Virus record (IMG/VR): IMGVR_UViG_3300020043_000469
Coordinates: 1 to 24,045 of that record
Strand: one strand, 5' to 3'
DNA length: 24,045 nt
Source of the DNA: a virus
Lineage: Duplodnaviria > Caudoviricetes
Within the stretch, counting starts at the first letter, position 1, and every line of letters begins with the position of its first letter. Position numbers and translations under genes: made by a program. Positions 8,361-16,582 of the stretch are shown here, one piece after another. Under the pieces are notes generated by a model that saw only the letters and a program-made list of their open reading frames with translations, was not told the DNA's origin and did no database searches.

Positions 8361-10495
8361 AATTCGCTGATCCTACGCAAGCGCCCTGATACTGTGCGCA
8401 CGTCGGATTCGACGACATACGCGCGCATACCTTGACCTTGCCCTGCGCCTGCGCCTTCATTCGGGTTGGTCAGTTGGCTATTCGGGTTCATCACTCCGCC
8501 TCCCGATGCGAAGCCTCCTGTCGTTGGAGGTGCTGATCCGCCGCCCCCTGTGCCAGCTGTGCCGCCTCCTCCTCCGCCGCCGCCGCCGCCAGTGATGCTC
8601 CCAACCTGCCCGATGCTCGTTGCCGCAATAGCGGCGATGCGTAGGCCAGCGTTAATCTTCGCCATCGTGCTAAGGCTTAATGCCTGCGTCACGCCAGCAG
8701 CACCAGCTGTCAAAGCGTTGGCAGGGTTCAGCGCTGCGTTGGCGTTGATACCTGCCAGTTCTTTCTGCAGGTTGATGACAACTTGCGCTATTGCCATGCC
8801 TTTCTCCAACGCCAGCGCCGCCAACATCACTGCCTTGCTCTTGCCTCCCAGTGATCGCATAATCTCAACGATGCTACTCGATGCTGCGCTGTAGAACTGA
8901 ACACGCGCCTCATTGTACGCCTTCTCGCGCTGCAAGTCCTCTTGCCGTAGCTTTTCGCGCTCGGCGTATAGCTCATCTTCAATTTGTATCTGATAGTCCA
9001 ACTGCGCCCTCTGCGCGTCTAACTCCGCCTGATCCGCTGCGTCCTGCTGCTCTTGAATCTTGGCCGTGCGTTCAGCGCGCAGTTGCGCCAGCAATAGGTT
9101 GGTAGCCTCCTCGTTGCCCTTGACCTTGGCAAGGCGCTCCTCATAGCTGGCGTCAATCTGCTCCAACTCGCGCTCGTTGGCAGATAGGCTATTCTCCAGC
9201 AACACCTGCCTGCTGTCGGCAATAATACCGTCAATTTCCTTCTGCTTTGCGGCGGCAGCTTCCCGCTCCTGCTCCTGTTTCCGCCTGCGCTCTTCAACGG
9301 CTTTCTCGCGCTCTTGCTGCCTCTTATCCGCATCTTTTGCGGCAGCGTCCTGCTTTTCTAACTCCGTCTTTTTAATATAGCTTTCATACTGCGCCCGCAA
9401 GAGGTTATGCTGATGGCGTGCCTCGGCCATCTCCTCTTCATTTTTCGCATTTTGCAACCGCTTCCTGCTGATCTCAAACTCCATCGCGAAGACCTCCGCC
9501 TCGGTAGCGCCGCGCTCCTTGGCGATTTCTGCGGCACGCTCCATCGACTGAATCTGACCGTCAAGGTTCTCCTTCACCTTAATGCCCAGAAATCCCTTGA
9601 CCGCTGCCGTCAGTTTGTCGAAGTTGGCGATCAGCAAGCCAATGGCTACCACCGCCGCGCCGATGCCTGTCGCTATGAGCGCCAAGCGGAACGCCTTCAT
9701 TGCCCCTGTGCTGGTGCCAACTGCCAGCGCATAGGCACGCTGCGCCGCCGCGTTCAGGTTGACCATCAGCGCAGAATCTTTATTCAGCGCGTTGGCGACA
9801 GCCGTTGCACCATTGACCAACGCCAGCGCCGCCTGCACCTTCATCATTGCCTTCTGCACGTCCTCACTCTCCTCGCCGAACAGCGCGGCTGCACCTTGCG
9901 CAACAGCGAAGCCGCCTGCGATGCCTTGAATTGCAGAGGTGAACGTGTCCAGCGTCCGCGTGTCCGATGCCAACGCCTTGACCTGTGCGCTTGTGTCACC
10001 GATAGCGTCCTTCAGCGATCCTGCCTCGGCAGCCATCCGCCGGAACTGGTCGGTGTTCTTCTGGCCCGCCGCTTCGAGGTCAAGCATCTGCTTCTGTAGG
10101 TCGCGGAGGCGTGCCTTTGCGGACTGCGTCGCTTTCTGGGTGTTGTCTTCAGCCTTAATATTGACGTTGACATCTTCATCTAATTCTGCTATCGCATCTT
10201 GCGCAACAGCGACGCCGCCGGCAACGTCTTGAAGTGATGATGTGAACTTGTCCAATGTCTGCGTGCCAGACGACAGCGCCTTCACCTGCGCGCTCGTGTC
10301 GCCAATAGCGCTTCTTAAAGATTCTGCCTCGTTAGACATACGCCGAAACTGATCCGTATTCTTCTGCCCAGCCGCTTCCAGATCAAGCATTTGCTGTTGC
10401 AATTCACGGAGGCGTGCCTTCGCCGATTGCGTCGCCTTCTGGGTGTCGTCTTCGGCTCTGACCTTGACGGTGATCTCTTTGTCTACTTCTGCCAT
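8342..10495 (-). CDS. Tape measure protein
   Basis: 717 aa, Ala-rich helical and coiled-coil, hydrophobic stretch ALIATGIGAAVVAIGLLIA, Gly-rich linker and C-terminal RAYVVESDV motif. Confidence 0.8.
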   Translation of the reverse strand: MAEVDKEITVKVRAEDDTQKATQSAKARLRELQQQMLDLEAAGQKNTDQFRRMSNEAESLRSAIGDTSAQVKALSSGTQTLDKFTSSLQDVAGGVAVAQDAIAELDEDVNVNIKAEDNTQKATQSAKARLRDLQKQMLDLEAAGQKNTDQFRRMAAEAGSLKDAIGDTSAQVKALASDTRTLDTFTSAIQGIAGGFAVAQGAAALFGEESEDVQKAMMKVQAALALVNGATAVANALNKDSALMVNLNAAAQRAYALAVGTSTGAMKAFRLALIATGIGAAVVAIGLLIANFDKLTAAVKGFLGIKVKENLDGQIQSMERAAEIAKERGATEAEVFAMEFEISRKRLQNAKNEEEMAEARHQHNLLRAQYESYIKKTELEKQDAAAKDADKRQQEREKAVEERRRKQEQEREAAAAKQKEIDGIIADSRQVLLENSLSANERELEQIDASYEERLAKVKGNEEATNLLLAQLRAERTAKIQEQQDAADQAELDAQRAQLDYQIQIEDELYAEREKLRQEDLQREKAYNEARVQFYSAASSSIVEIMRSLGGKSKAVMLAALALEKGMAIAQVVINLQKELAGINANAALNPANALTAGAAGVTQALSLSTMAKINAGLRIAAIAATSIGQVGSITGGGGGGGGGGTAGTGGGGSAPPTTGGFASGGGVMNPNSQLTNPNEGAGAGQGQGMRAYVVESDVRTVSGRLRRISEFAQLAN
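9875..10478 (-). repeat. Tandem ~303-nt (101-aa) duplication in the tape measure N-terminus
   Basis: AEDxTQKATQSAKARLRxLQxQMLDLEAAGQKNTDQFRRM...AVAQ occurs twice with a 303-nt offset (e.g. 10441 vs 10138; 10203 vs 9900). Boundaries approximate. Confidence 0.9.
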
Positions 10496-12756
10496 TACTT
10501 GCCTTTTATTGGGTTGACGATTTGTGGGTAATACTCACCTTGCACCTCCGCGTTGAGGTTGTAGTTGCCGACAGGGTTGACCGACTGCGCGCTGAACTCT
10601 GCGAGGTTTAAGATGCGGCGCAGCGTCACCCGGCACATGACGTTCTGCCCGATCCTGTAATCTTTGATCTCAAGCAACCGCCACTTGATGCCGTGCCAGT
10701 AGATCGGGATGCGGAAGTCAAGCGTCGCGATGTCGGTGACCGTCAGCAGGAAGGTTGCCTCAACCTGCATCGCCTCCTTGCTTGCGATTTCTTCAATGTA
10801 GTTGCGCCAGTAGGTGTTGAATAGGTTATTGTTCGTATACGGCGTAAATCCTGCCTGACCATCCGGTAAGGCGAAGTAAAGCTGCCGCGGCATACCAAAC
10901 GCCAAGTCCTGACTTGGGTTGTATGGGTTGTCAACGTGGCCGATATAGGGCAACGTGTCACCACTCACCCAGCTGCTTACCGTGGTCTTGAAGCCATCAA
11001 TCCAAAGCCACGTTTCAACGCTGCCACTTGGCGACGGCTGCATCTTGACGTAGTTGTACTGCGCCAGCCTGTACCCTGTCTTCATCGTACGTATGCTGCC
11101 ATCCGCTTCCACATCCCACGTCCTGCCCATGACGATGTTCGTGCGATACTGCGCAGGGATGACTGTCGCCGCCTTTGTTTCGATGACCTGCTCGCCACGT
11201 CCGTAGAAGTTGTTGGTGTCGTACTGCCTCGATCCATAGCCTGTCTGCCACGTGTTTCGGTACTGCTTGGAAAGCGCCTCGCCACCATCGCGGTAGGCAA
11301 AGGTGAAGCGCTTGCGTAATTCAGGATCGCCGCATATCATCGTCATCTCCGCATTTTCGTCGGACTTCTGCGACCAGTCAACGACGCTGCTTGAGTAGAA
11401 GGTAGTCCACGGCTCAATGTAGATGAGTGACGGATCTTGCGGCGACTGGTAGAAGTACAGGTTGAACATCTTCTGCAAGTCGGCGAGAAGGTCAATCTGC
11501 AAGGTATCGGCAGGTAGCGCCGTGCGCATGTCCATTGATTGGCCGACAACGGAGAAGCGCTCCAGTAGGTTGATCTGCAACGTGCCGGCGTCCATCGTTG
11601 AGCCTGCCGTGTCGCAGTCAATCGTTATCTTCAGCGTGCCAGCCGCCGGGAAGATGAGAGTCGCGTCAAGGGATAGAAGCCGCTCCGTAGTGCCAATCGT
11701 TTCAGTGACCTGAATGTTGTTGCCGTACTGATCCTTAAGCACGTTGCCTGCATTGTCCTTTGCTGATATGATAAACGTAGTCGGATCAGCGCCGCCAGTG
11801 AAAAGGCCTTCAAAGCGCAGTCGATATATGCCTATATATTGGCTGCTGCTGGTGTAAAGGCCAGTCGTAGTGTTGACCTTGCCGTCGCCGCCGTTGAAGA
11901 ATGGATCGCCAGTTTCGTCAAAGATTATCGTCTTTTCTTCGGCCCCATCCCACGTCACTAACTCGCTGCCAACATAGCACTTATCCGAGGCGCTGACATA
12001 CGCGAATGCGTCGCCCGCGTAAGGGATGACCATACGCTCAAACTCCGTGGTGTCAAAGAAAGCCGAGTGATAGCGATAGCCGTGCTGCGCGAAAATCAAG
12101 TCGACCATTTTCTTGACCCAAATATTCGGCCGCATCAATTCAATCGGGATGAGCCTGTCGAAGATTGGCGTGATTGAACTGAACAGCGGCGCAAGCGGCC
12201 CTAATGGGTTGCTAACGTCGTAGCAGTGGAAGTGGCCAGCCGCGTCAATAATGCCGTAGACATAACCACTCGCATCGCTGTAACTGTCATCCCAAGTGCC
12301 TGTGACCAGCGACACGCTGAAGGTGTGGTTCATGCCTGTCACTCCCACCGTGTCAACAAGCTTGACGTCAGCCATGTTGCTAAATAGCGCAACCTCCTCG
12401 CCGTAGATAGCCACCTCATAGGTCGCTTGGTTCTTCATGACCGTCATCGACAACAACTGCATAGTGCCAGCAAATACCTGAACGCCGTCACTCCACACCG
12501 CGCACTTGACCTGCTTGTTTGGCGTGAAGCCTCCGACGAAACTCTGCACGTTGTAGGCGTGGCGAAAGGCTGCGTCGTTGCCCTTCGTGGATGGCAACGC
12601 AATCGTCTTGCTGAACGCACCCTTGCGCTTGGTGACGTCAGCCAAGTCCTGAACGCTGAATGTGACCGCAATATCAGTGTCGCCCGAAACGTCAAGGTCA
12701 AAGCCTGTCGATGGCGCATCCGCGTCCGGGTAGCAGACGAATTTGACGTTACTCAT
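10495..12756 (-). CDS. Putative tail tip / baseplate hub protein
   Basis: 753 aa adjacent to the tape measure gene; N-terminal FSKTIALPSTKGN motif resembles Bacteroidota siphophage tail proteins. Confidence 0.55.
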   Translation of the reverse strand: MSNVKFVCYPDADAPSTGFDLDVSGDTDIAVTFSVQDLADVTKRKGAFSKTIALPSTKGNDAAFRHAYNVQSFVGGFTPNKQVKCAVWSDGVQVFAGTMQLLSMTVMKNQATYEVAIYGEEVALFSNMADVKLVDTVGVTGMNHTFSVSLVTGTWDDSYSDASGYVYGIIDAAGHFHCYDVSNPLGPLAPLFSSITPIFDRLIPIELMRPNIWVKKMVDLIFAQHGYRYHSAFFDTTEFERMVIPYAGDAFAYVSASDKCYVGSELVTWDGAEEKTIIFDETGDPFFNGGDGKVNTTTGLYTSSSQYIGIYRLRFEGLFTGGADPTTFIISAKDNAGNVLKDQYGNNIQVTETIGTTERLLSLDATLIFPAAGTLKITIDCDTAGSTMDAGTLQINLLERFSVVGQSMDMRTALPADTLQIDLLADLQKMFNLYFYQSPQDPSLIYIEPWTTFYSSSVVDWSQKSDENAEMTMICGDPELRKRFTFAYRDGGEALSKQYRNTWQTGYGSRQYDTNNFYGRGEQVIETKAATVIPAQYRTNIVMGRTWDVEADGSIRTMKTGYRLAQYNYVKMQPSPSGSVETWLWIDGFKTTVSSWVSGDTLPYIGHVDNPYNPSQDLAFGMPRQLYFALPDGQAGFTPYTNNNLFNTYWRNYIEEIASKEAMQVEATFLLTVTDIATLDFRIPIYWHGIKWRLLEIKDYRIGQNVMCRVTLRRILNLAEFSAQSVNPVGNYNLNAEVQGEYYPQIVNPIKGK

Positions 12757-13937
12757 AGCGCGGTGTTTTCATAGCCAACTTGAACGTCAACGCTGATCTG
12801 CTGCAACTTATCGACGACACGCTTGCGGACGTTGTAGGTGTCCGTCTTGACTACCACTGGAACGAGCTGCGTGCCAATCTGAATCCAGCACTCCGGTGAG
12901 TAGATCATCTCTTGAAGCCAGCTGAACTCCGCATCGGTGATCCAGTCGCTGTTCAGCGTGTAGGTGTCGCGGTACGTCACCGACCACTGCTTGTCATACA
13001 CATCATCGCCGTAGACGCTGGCGTTGTAGCCGTAGGTCTTGCGATCCACATCGACGCGCTGCCTGTTCATACGTGTGAAGGTATAGCCATCAACGCCGCC
13101 GTACATGTTGCGGAAGAAAACACGCAGGTCGTTGTAGCGCTGGCAGTTATCAATGACGTAGGTGTATGCAGAAGTGCGGCTGAACGCGCTCGTATTGGTG
13201 CCTGCCGTGTTGAACGTCACCAAGACCGCAATCTTGCCGCCATTGGCCGGGAAGTTAACGCTACCAGCGCTGCCATCAGAACACTGCGACGAGGTTAGGT
13301 TATAAAGGCCATATGGCCCAGCGTTTATGATGTTGCTGATAGTCGACGTGCTGCCAGTTACGAGAAAGGCTGCACGCGGCGTGCCATCGTCGTAGCTGAC
13401 GCGTAACGCTATGCCCGAAACGTTGGAAAGCACGCCGATGAAGTCGCTATCACCCGATCCAAGCGTTGAAGTCACTGGCCTGTTGCTGAACACCTTGATC
13501 GCTGGCGTGTCACCCGACACCGTCGCCGCTATGTACGCACTCGGCGAATAGGCCGCGTAGTCCTGCTGGCGAAACGCCGCCTGCCACGCGATCAGCGACG
13601 CTGATGCAGTGCCTCCTGTCGCCACCGTCGGAGGTGAGCCGAACTCCTCGCGGAAGGTCAGGTTGGTGTTGACTGCATAGCCGCCATCCTGCCAGCCGCT
13701 GGTCAGCTGCGGTATCTTCGGCGCAATAAGCGTTTCAACGACTTTGCTCACCCCGAAAAATCCGTTGTTCGTCGTCGGCAGTTTATCGCACTTCAAGCGC
13801 GCCGAGGAAAGCGACCCCGACACGTCGCAGACATAGCGGAAGTTGGCGGAGGCGGTGTTGTTGCTCGACACGACCACGACGTCGCTGTTGCCGACAGGAA
13901 GCAGAGATGGCAGCGCTGATATTATTGTTATGCTCAT
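12753..13937 (-). CDS. Putative tail structural protein (distal-tail-like)
   Basis: 394 aa, Ser/Thr-rich and beta-rich; C-terminal FRNMYGGVDGYTF...LNSDWI...SP pattern; ATGA-coupled to both neighbours. Confidence 0.5.
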   Translation of the reverse strand: MSITIISALPSLLPVGNSDVVVVSSNNTASANFRYVCDVSGSLSSARLKCDKLPTTNNGFFGVSKVVETLIAPKIPQLTSGWQDGGYAVNTNLTFREEFGSPPTVATGGTASASLIAWQAAFRQQDYAAYSPSAYIAATVSGDTPAIKVFSNRPVTSTLGSGDSDFIGVLSNVSGIALRVSYDDGTPRAAFLVTGSTSTISNIINAGPYGLYNLTSSQCSDGSAGSVNFPANGGKIAVLVTFNTAGTNTSAFSRTSAYTYVIDNCQRYNDLRVFFRNMYGGVDGYTFTRMNRQRVDVDRKTYGYNASVYGDDVYDKQWSVTYRDTYTLNSDWITDAEFSWLQEMIYSPECWIQIGTQLVPVVVKTDTYNVRKRVVDKLQQISVDVQVGYENTAL

Positions 13938-14497
13938 ACGTTGATTGAAATTGATATTTCTTTGCCCACGACCTGCGCAATGCTACTCACCAGTTCGTCC
14001 ATCTTCGCCTCGCTTAGTACCGGGTTGAGGAATGGCCGCCCCTTGATGCCTCGGCGCTTGATTGACTTGGCGATGTTGTAGGCCGCCGCGTCGATCTCAT
14101 CAGCAGGGATGCCGAGGCCTTTGTCTATCGCCCACTTGCGGATGTCAGCAACGTCTTTTTCGCTTGGATTGATGCTACGGAAGCTGAACGGCGCGCCCCT
14201 GTTGACACGCACTCCATTCACGCCATACTCGACGAACTTCCAGTAGCTGGCCATCTCCATAGCGACCTGCGCGACCTTCTGCTCAACAGGCAACTCTGCG
14301 AAGCCTACGGACTGGCGTAGGTTAAGCGTAGCCTTGGCGTCAACGCGATCAATGCCCTCAACCGTCAGCTTGATAACATCCTGCATCCACCGAATTAGCG
14401 CCGCGTTCACGTTAGGAGATCGCGACAGGCTGAACTCCTTGGTGACGTCAGCGCCGACGCCCAGTACGTCGCCTTCTAATTTTGCGGAAAATTTCAT
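13934..14497 (-). CDS. Putative tail-completion / neck protein (HK97 gp10-like)
   Basis: YWKFVEYG and SIKRRGIKGRPFLNP motifs. Confidence 0.55.
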   Translation of the reverse strand: MKFSAKLEGDVLGVGADVTKEFSLSRSPNVNAALIRWMQDVIKLTVEGIDRVDAKATLNLRQSVGFAELPVEQKVAQVAMEMASYWKFVEYGVNGVRVNRGAPFSFRSINPSEKDVADIRKWAIDKGLGIPADEIDAAAYNIAKSIKRRGIKGRPFLNPVLSEAKMDELVSSIAQVVGKEISISINV

Positions 14498-14502
14498 GCA
14501 GG

Positions 14503-14530
14503 TAAATATCGCAGCGCGAAAATCTATGCA
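14503..14530 (-). promoter_or_regulatory. Putative phage late promoter TGCATA-N14-GATATTTA
   Basis: Bipartite motif exactly 5 nt before ATG 14497. Confidence 0.75.
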
Positions 14531-14755
14531 CTACGGCATCGCCTTCATCAGCAACAGCGCGTTCATGAACTCCCGCGCCGGCATGTTGAACACCTGATCC
14601 ATGCGCAGTGGATCTTTGCCGGCCATGCGATAGACCACACCCACCCAGCCGTAGTTGGGCTTCTTTACGCCTTGGCCGTTGTCGTCGTCGTCCCCTGCTC
14701 CGTCAAAGACTTCCGCATAATCGTCAACAAAGGCTCGGAAAGCTGCAAAAAAAAA
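14531..14755 (-). CDS. Tail assembly chaperone, -1 frameshift extension (gpGT-like)
   Basis: Open -1 frame entered at the T9 run (14747-14755); ends GWVGVVYRMAGKDPLRMDQVFNMPAREFMNALLLMKAMP. Confidence 0.65.
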   Translation of the reverse strand, partial: FFFAAFRAFVDDYAEVFDGAGDDDDNGQGVKKPNYGWVGVVYRMAGKDPLRMDQVFNMPAREFMNALLLMKAMP

Positions 14756-15237
14756 GCGGCATAACCCCAAACGTCACCCATGTTCATCTGCAACATCGCC
14801 TCTGCGCGCTGCTTGTGCCCCTTGCCGTCGTATGCCTTCGGCCACCACTTCCACACCCTGCACTCGCGTGAAAGCGTCGCCAAGATTAGGTGTAAGTTGT
14901 CAATCACGCCCTGCTCGCTGCTCATATCGTAGGAGTACAACTCCACAAGCTGCCCTGCGCTGATTTCGTCAATGAACCACTCAAACTGATACCACTTTCC
15001 GGCGACCTTGGCGTGACGCTTGGCCGCCAGTGACGATAGCGATTTGCTGGCCGCGTTGATCTCACTGTACCGCTTGTTGACCTCCGCGATCGTCATCTTC
15101 TTGACCTGCTCAATCGGGATGCCGTCGAGAACGGCGATGACGCCGATCTTTTTGTCGCTGGTCGTGTAGATGCTGTTGGCCTCAATAGACACAATGCGCT
15201 GGAACTGGTCGACGGTGATTTTGTTGAGGATGCTCAT
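14665..15237 (-). CDS. Putative tail assembly chaperone (gpG-like)
   Basis: Start ATG 15237 (MSILNK) overlaps the upstream TGA; contains the GCT TTT TTT TTG slippery site near its 3' end. Confidence 0.65.
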   Translation of the reverse strand: MSILNKITVDQFQRIVSIEANSIYTTSDKKIGVIAVLDGIPIEQVKKMTIAEVNKRYSEINAASKSLSSLAAKRHAKVAGKWYQFEWFIDEISAGQLVELYSYDMSSEQGVIDNLHLILATLSRECRVWKWWPKAYDGKGHKQRAEAMLQMNMGDVWGYAAFFLQLSEPLLTIMRKSLTEQGTTTTTAKA

Positions 15238-16106
15238 GCTTTCAAAGCTTGGATGTATAATGCGTAAAGTTGCTTGCACACGCTTTCGGCGCGGTAGTCT
15301 GCAATGTCGCTAGGTACAGTCAGCATCTCGCGTTTTGTCACCGCCCCTTCAGCGTTAAAGTGATAGCTCATCACCGCCTTGCCGCACATCCACGCTTCAA
15401 TCGTTGTCCTACCGATGTGCAGGCCACAGGCAAAGTGACAACCCTTGACCAGCGTTTCGATGTTCGACACCGCCTCGCAGTAGTGGACAGGATAGCGACT
15501 TTTTAAGTCTTCGAGGAAGTCGCCGTTATTGTAGCCTACCAAGACAAAAGGCCTGTCGTTATCCTTACACCACGCCGCCGCATCGTAAATCATAGCCTTG
15601 CGCATGTAATCAAGCGTTCCGGCCAGTAAAACGTAACCGCCATCCTGTATTCCGTCCGTATTAAATCGGGTATAATCGACAGGGTTGTAGATGACGTGTA
15701 TCTTATTGAGAGGAACGCCATATCGCGCGTGTATTTCGTCTTTCTCATGCTGCGCTATGCTGATGTACCTCTTGATGCTTTCGTGCTTCACAGGTCGCTC
15801 TAAATCGAAATAGACGCTGTGTATCGTCGCAACCTTCGGCGTTTGTGGGAATAGCGCACACAAGTAATCAGTGACCTGCTTGTGCTGAACGTGAATGACG
15901 TTGTAGGCTTCGCGCCCTGTCAACTCTGCAAATGGTTTAATCAGCACCCCCGCCATCTGTGCCTCCGCAATCATCGGGTAGTCCATGTATGGTGACGTGA
16001 CCGTGACCTTATGCCCCATCGCCTTCAATCCCTTGGCAACCTGCAAGACGTAAAGCTCCGACCCTGTGTACTGGCGGAAGAACAATGATGCGATTAGTAT
16101 GTTCAT
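15234..16106 (-). CDS. Glycosyltransferase (GT4/GT-B-like)
   Basis: MNILIAS...TGSELYVLQVAKGLKAMGHKVTV, VIHVQH, IHVIYNPVD and GRTTIEAWMCGK motifs. Confidence 0.8.
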   Translation of the reverse strand: MNILIASLFFRQYTGSELYVLQVAKGLKAMGHKVTVTSPYMDYPMIAEAQMAGVLIKPFAELTGREAYNVIHVQHKQVTDYLCALFPQTPKVATIHSVYFDLERPVKHESIKRYISIAQHEKDEIHARYGVPLNKIHVIYNPVDYTRFNTDGIQDGGYVLLAGTLDYMRKAMIYDAAAWCKDNDRPFVLVGYNNGDFLEDLKSRYPVHYCEAVSNIETLVKGCHFACGLHIGRTTIEAWMCGKAVMSYHFNAEGAVTKREMLTVPSDIADYRAESVCKQLYALYIQALKA

Positions 16107-16570
16107 GTCTTCTGTTTAATTGGTCGCGCTGGGTTGCCATACGCAAGAAAGCCGTCGGGAATGTCACGCGTCACCACACTGCCGGCGCCGATCAAAGCGT
16201 CAACGCCGATGCGCACTCCGCAGACAATCGTGCTGTTTGCCCCGACGCTGCATCCTTTGCAAAAGTAGGTAGATCGAAACCTGCCGTTGTTCTTCCAGTC
16301 GCCGTAGACGCTTGGGTAGTAGTCATTGGTAGTTACCACGTTTGGACCGATGAATACATCATTGCCAATGATGCATCCGTGGTAGATCAACGCGTGATTT
16401 TGGATTTTGACGTTGTTGCCAATTTGAACGCCAGTGTCAATGTGCGCGCCTTCGCCGATGACGCAGTTGTCGCCGATTTTAGCACCTGTGCGGATGTGAG
16501 CGAATGCCCATACTTTGACGTTTTCACCAAGTTCAACGCCATCTTCAATTATTGCGGTTGGATGTATCAT
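16103..16570 (-). CDS. Hexapeptide-repeat (left-handed beta-helix) acetyltransferase, WbpD/WlbB-like sugar N-acetyltransferase
   Basis: IHPTAII start, IGDNCVIG/IGNNVKI repeats, IGAGSVVTRDIP...YGNPARPI end. Confidence 0.85.
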   Translation of the reverse strand: MIHPTAIIEDGVELGENVKVWAFAHIRTGAKIGDNCVIGEGAHIDTGVQIGNNVKIQNHALIYHGCIIGNDVFIGPNVVTTNDYYPSVYGDWKNNGRFRSTYFCKGCSVGANSTIVCGVRIGVDALIGAGSVVTRDIPDGFLAYGNPARPIKQKT

Positions 16571-16574
16571 ACTA

Positions 16575-16582
16575 CAAATTTA
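16575..16582 (-). promoter_or_regulatory. Bacteroidota housekeeping-type -7 promoter box (TAAATTTG)
   Basis: Matches TAnnTTTG; occupies 8 of the 12 nt between terL and the next gene, 4 nt before ATG 16570. Confidence 0.6.

Noticed and set aside
8535-8592. CCG/CCT triplet run
   Set aside because: It simply encodes the poly-Gly linker of the tape measure protein.
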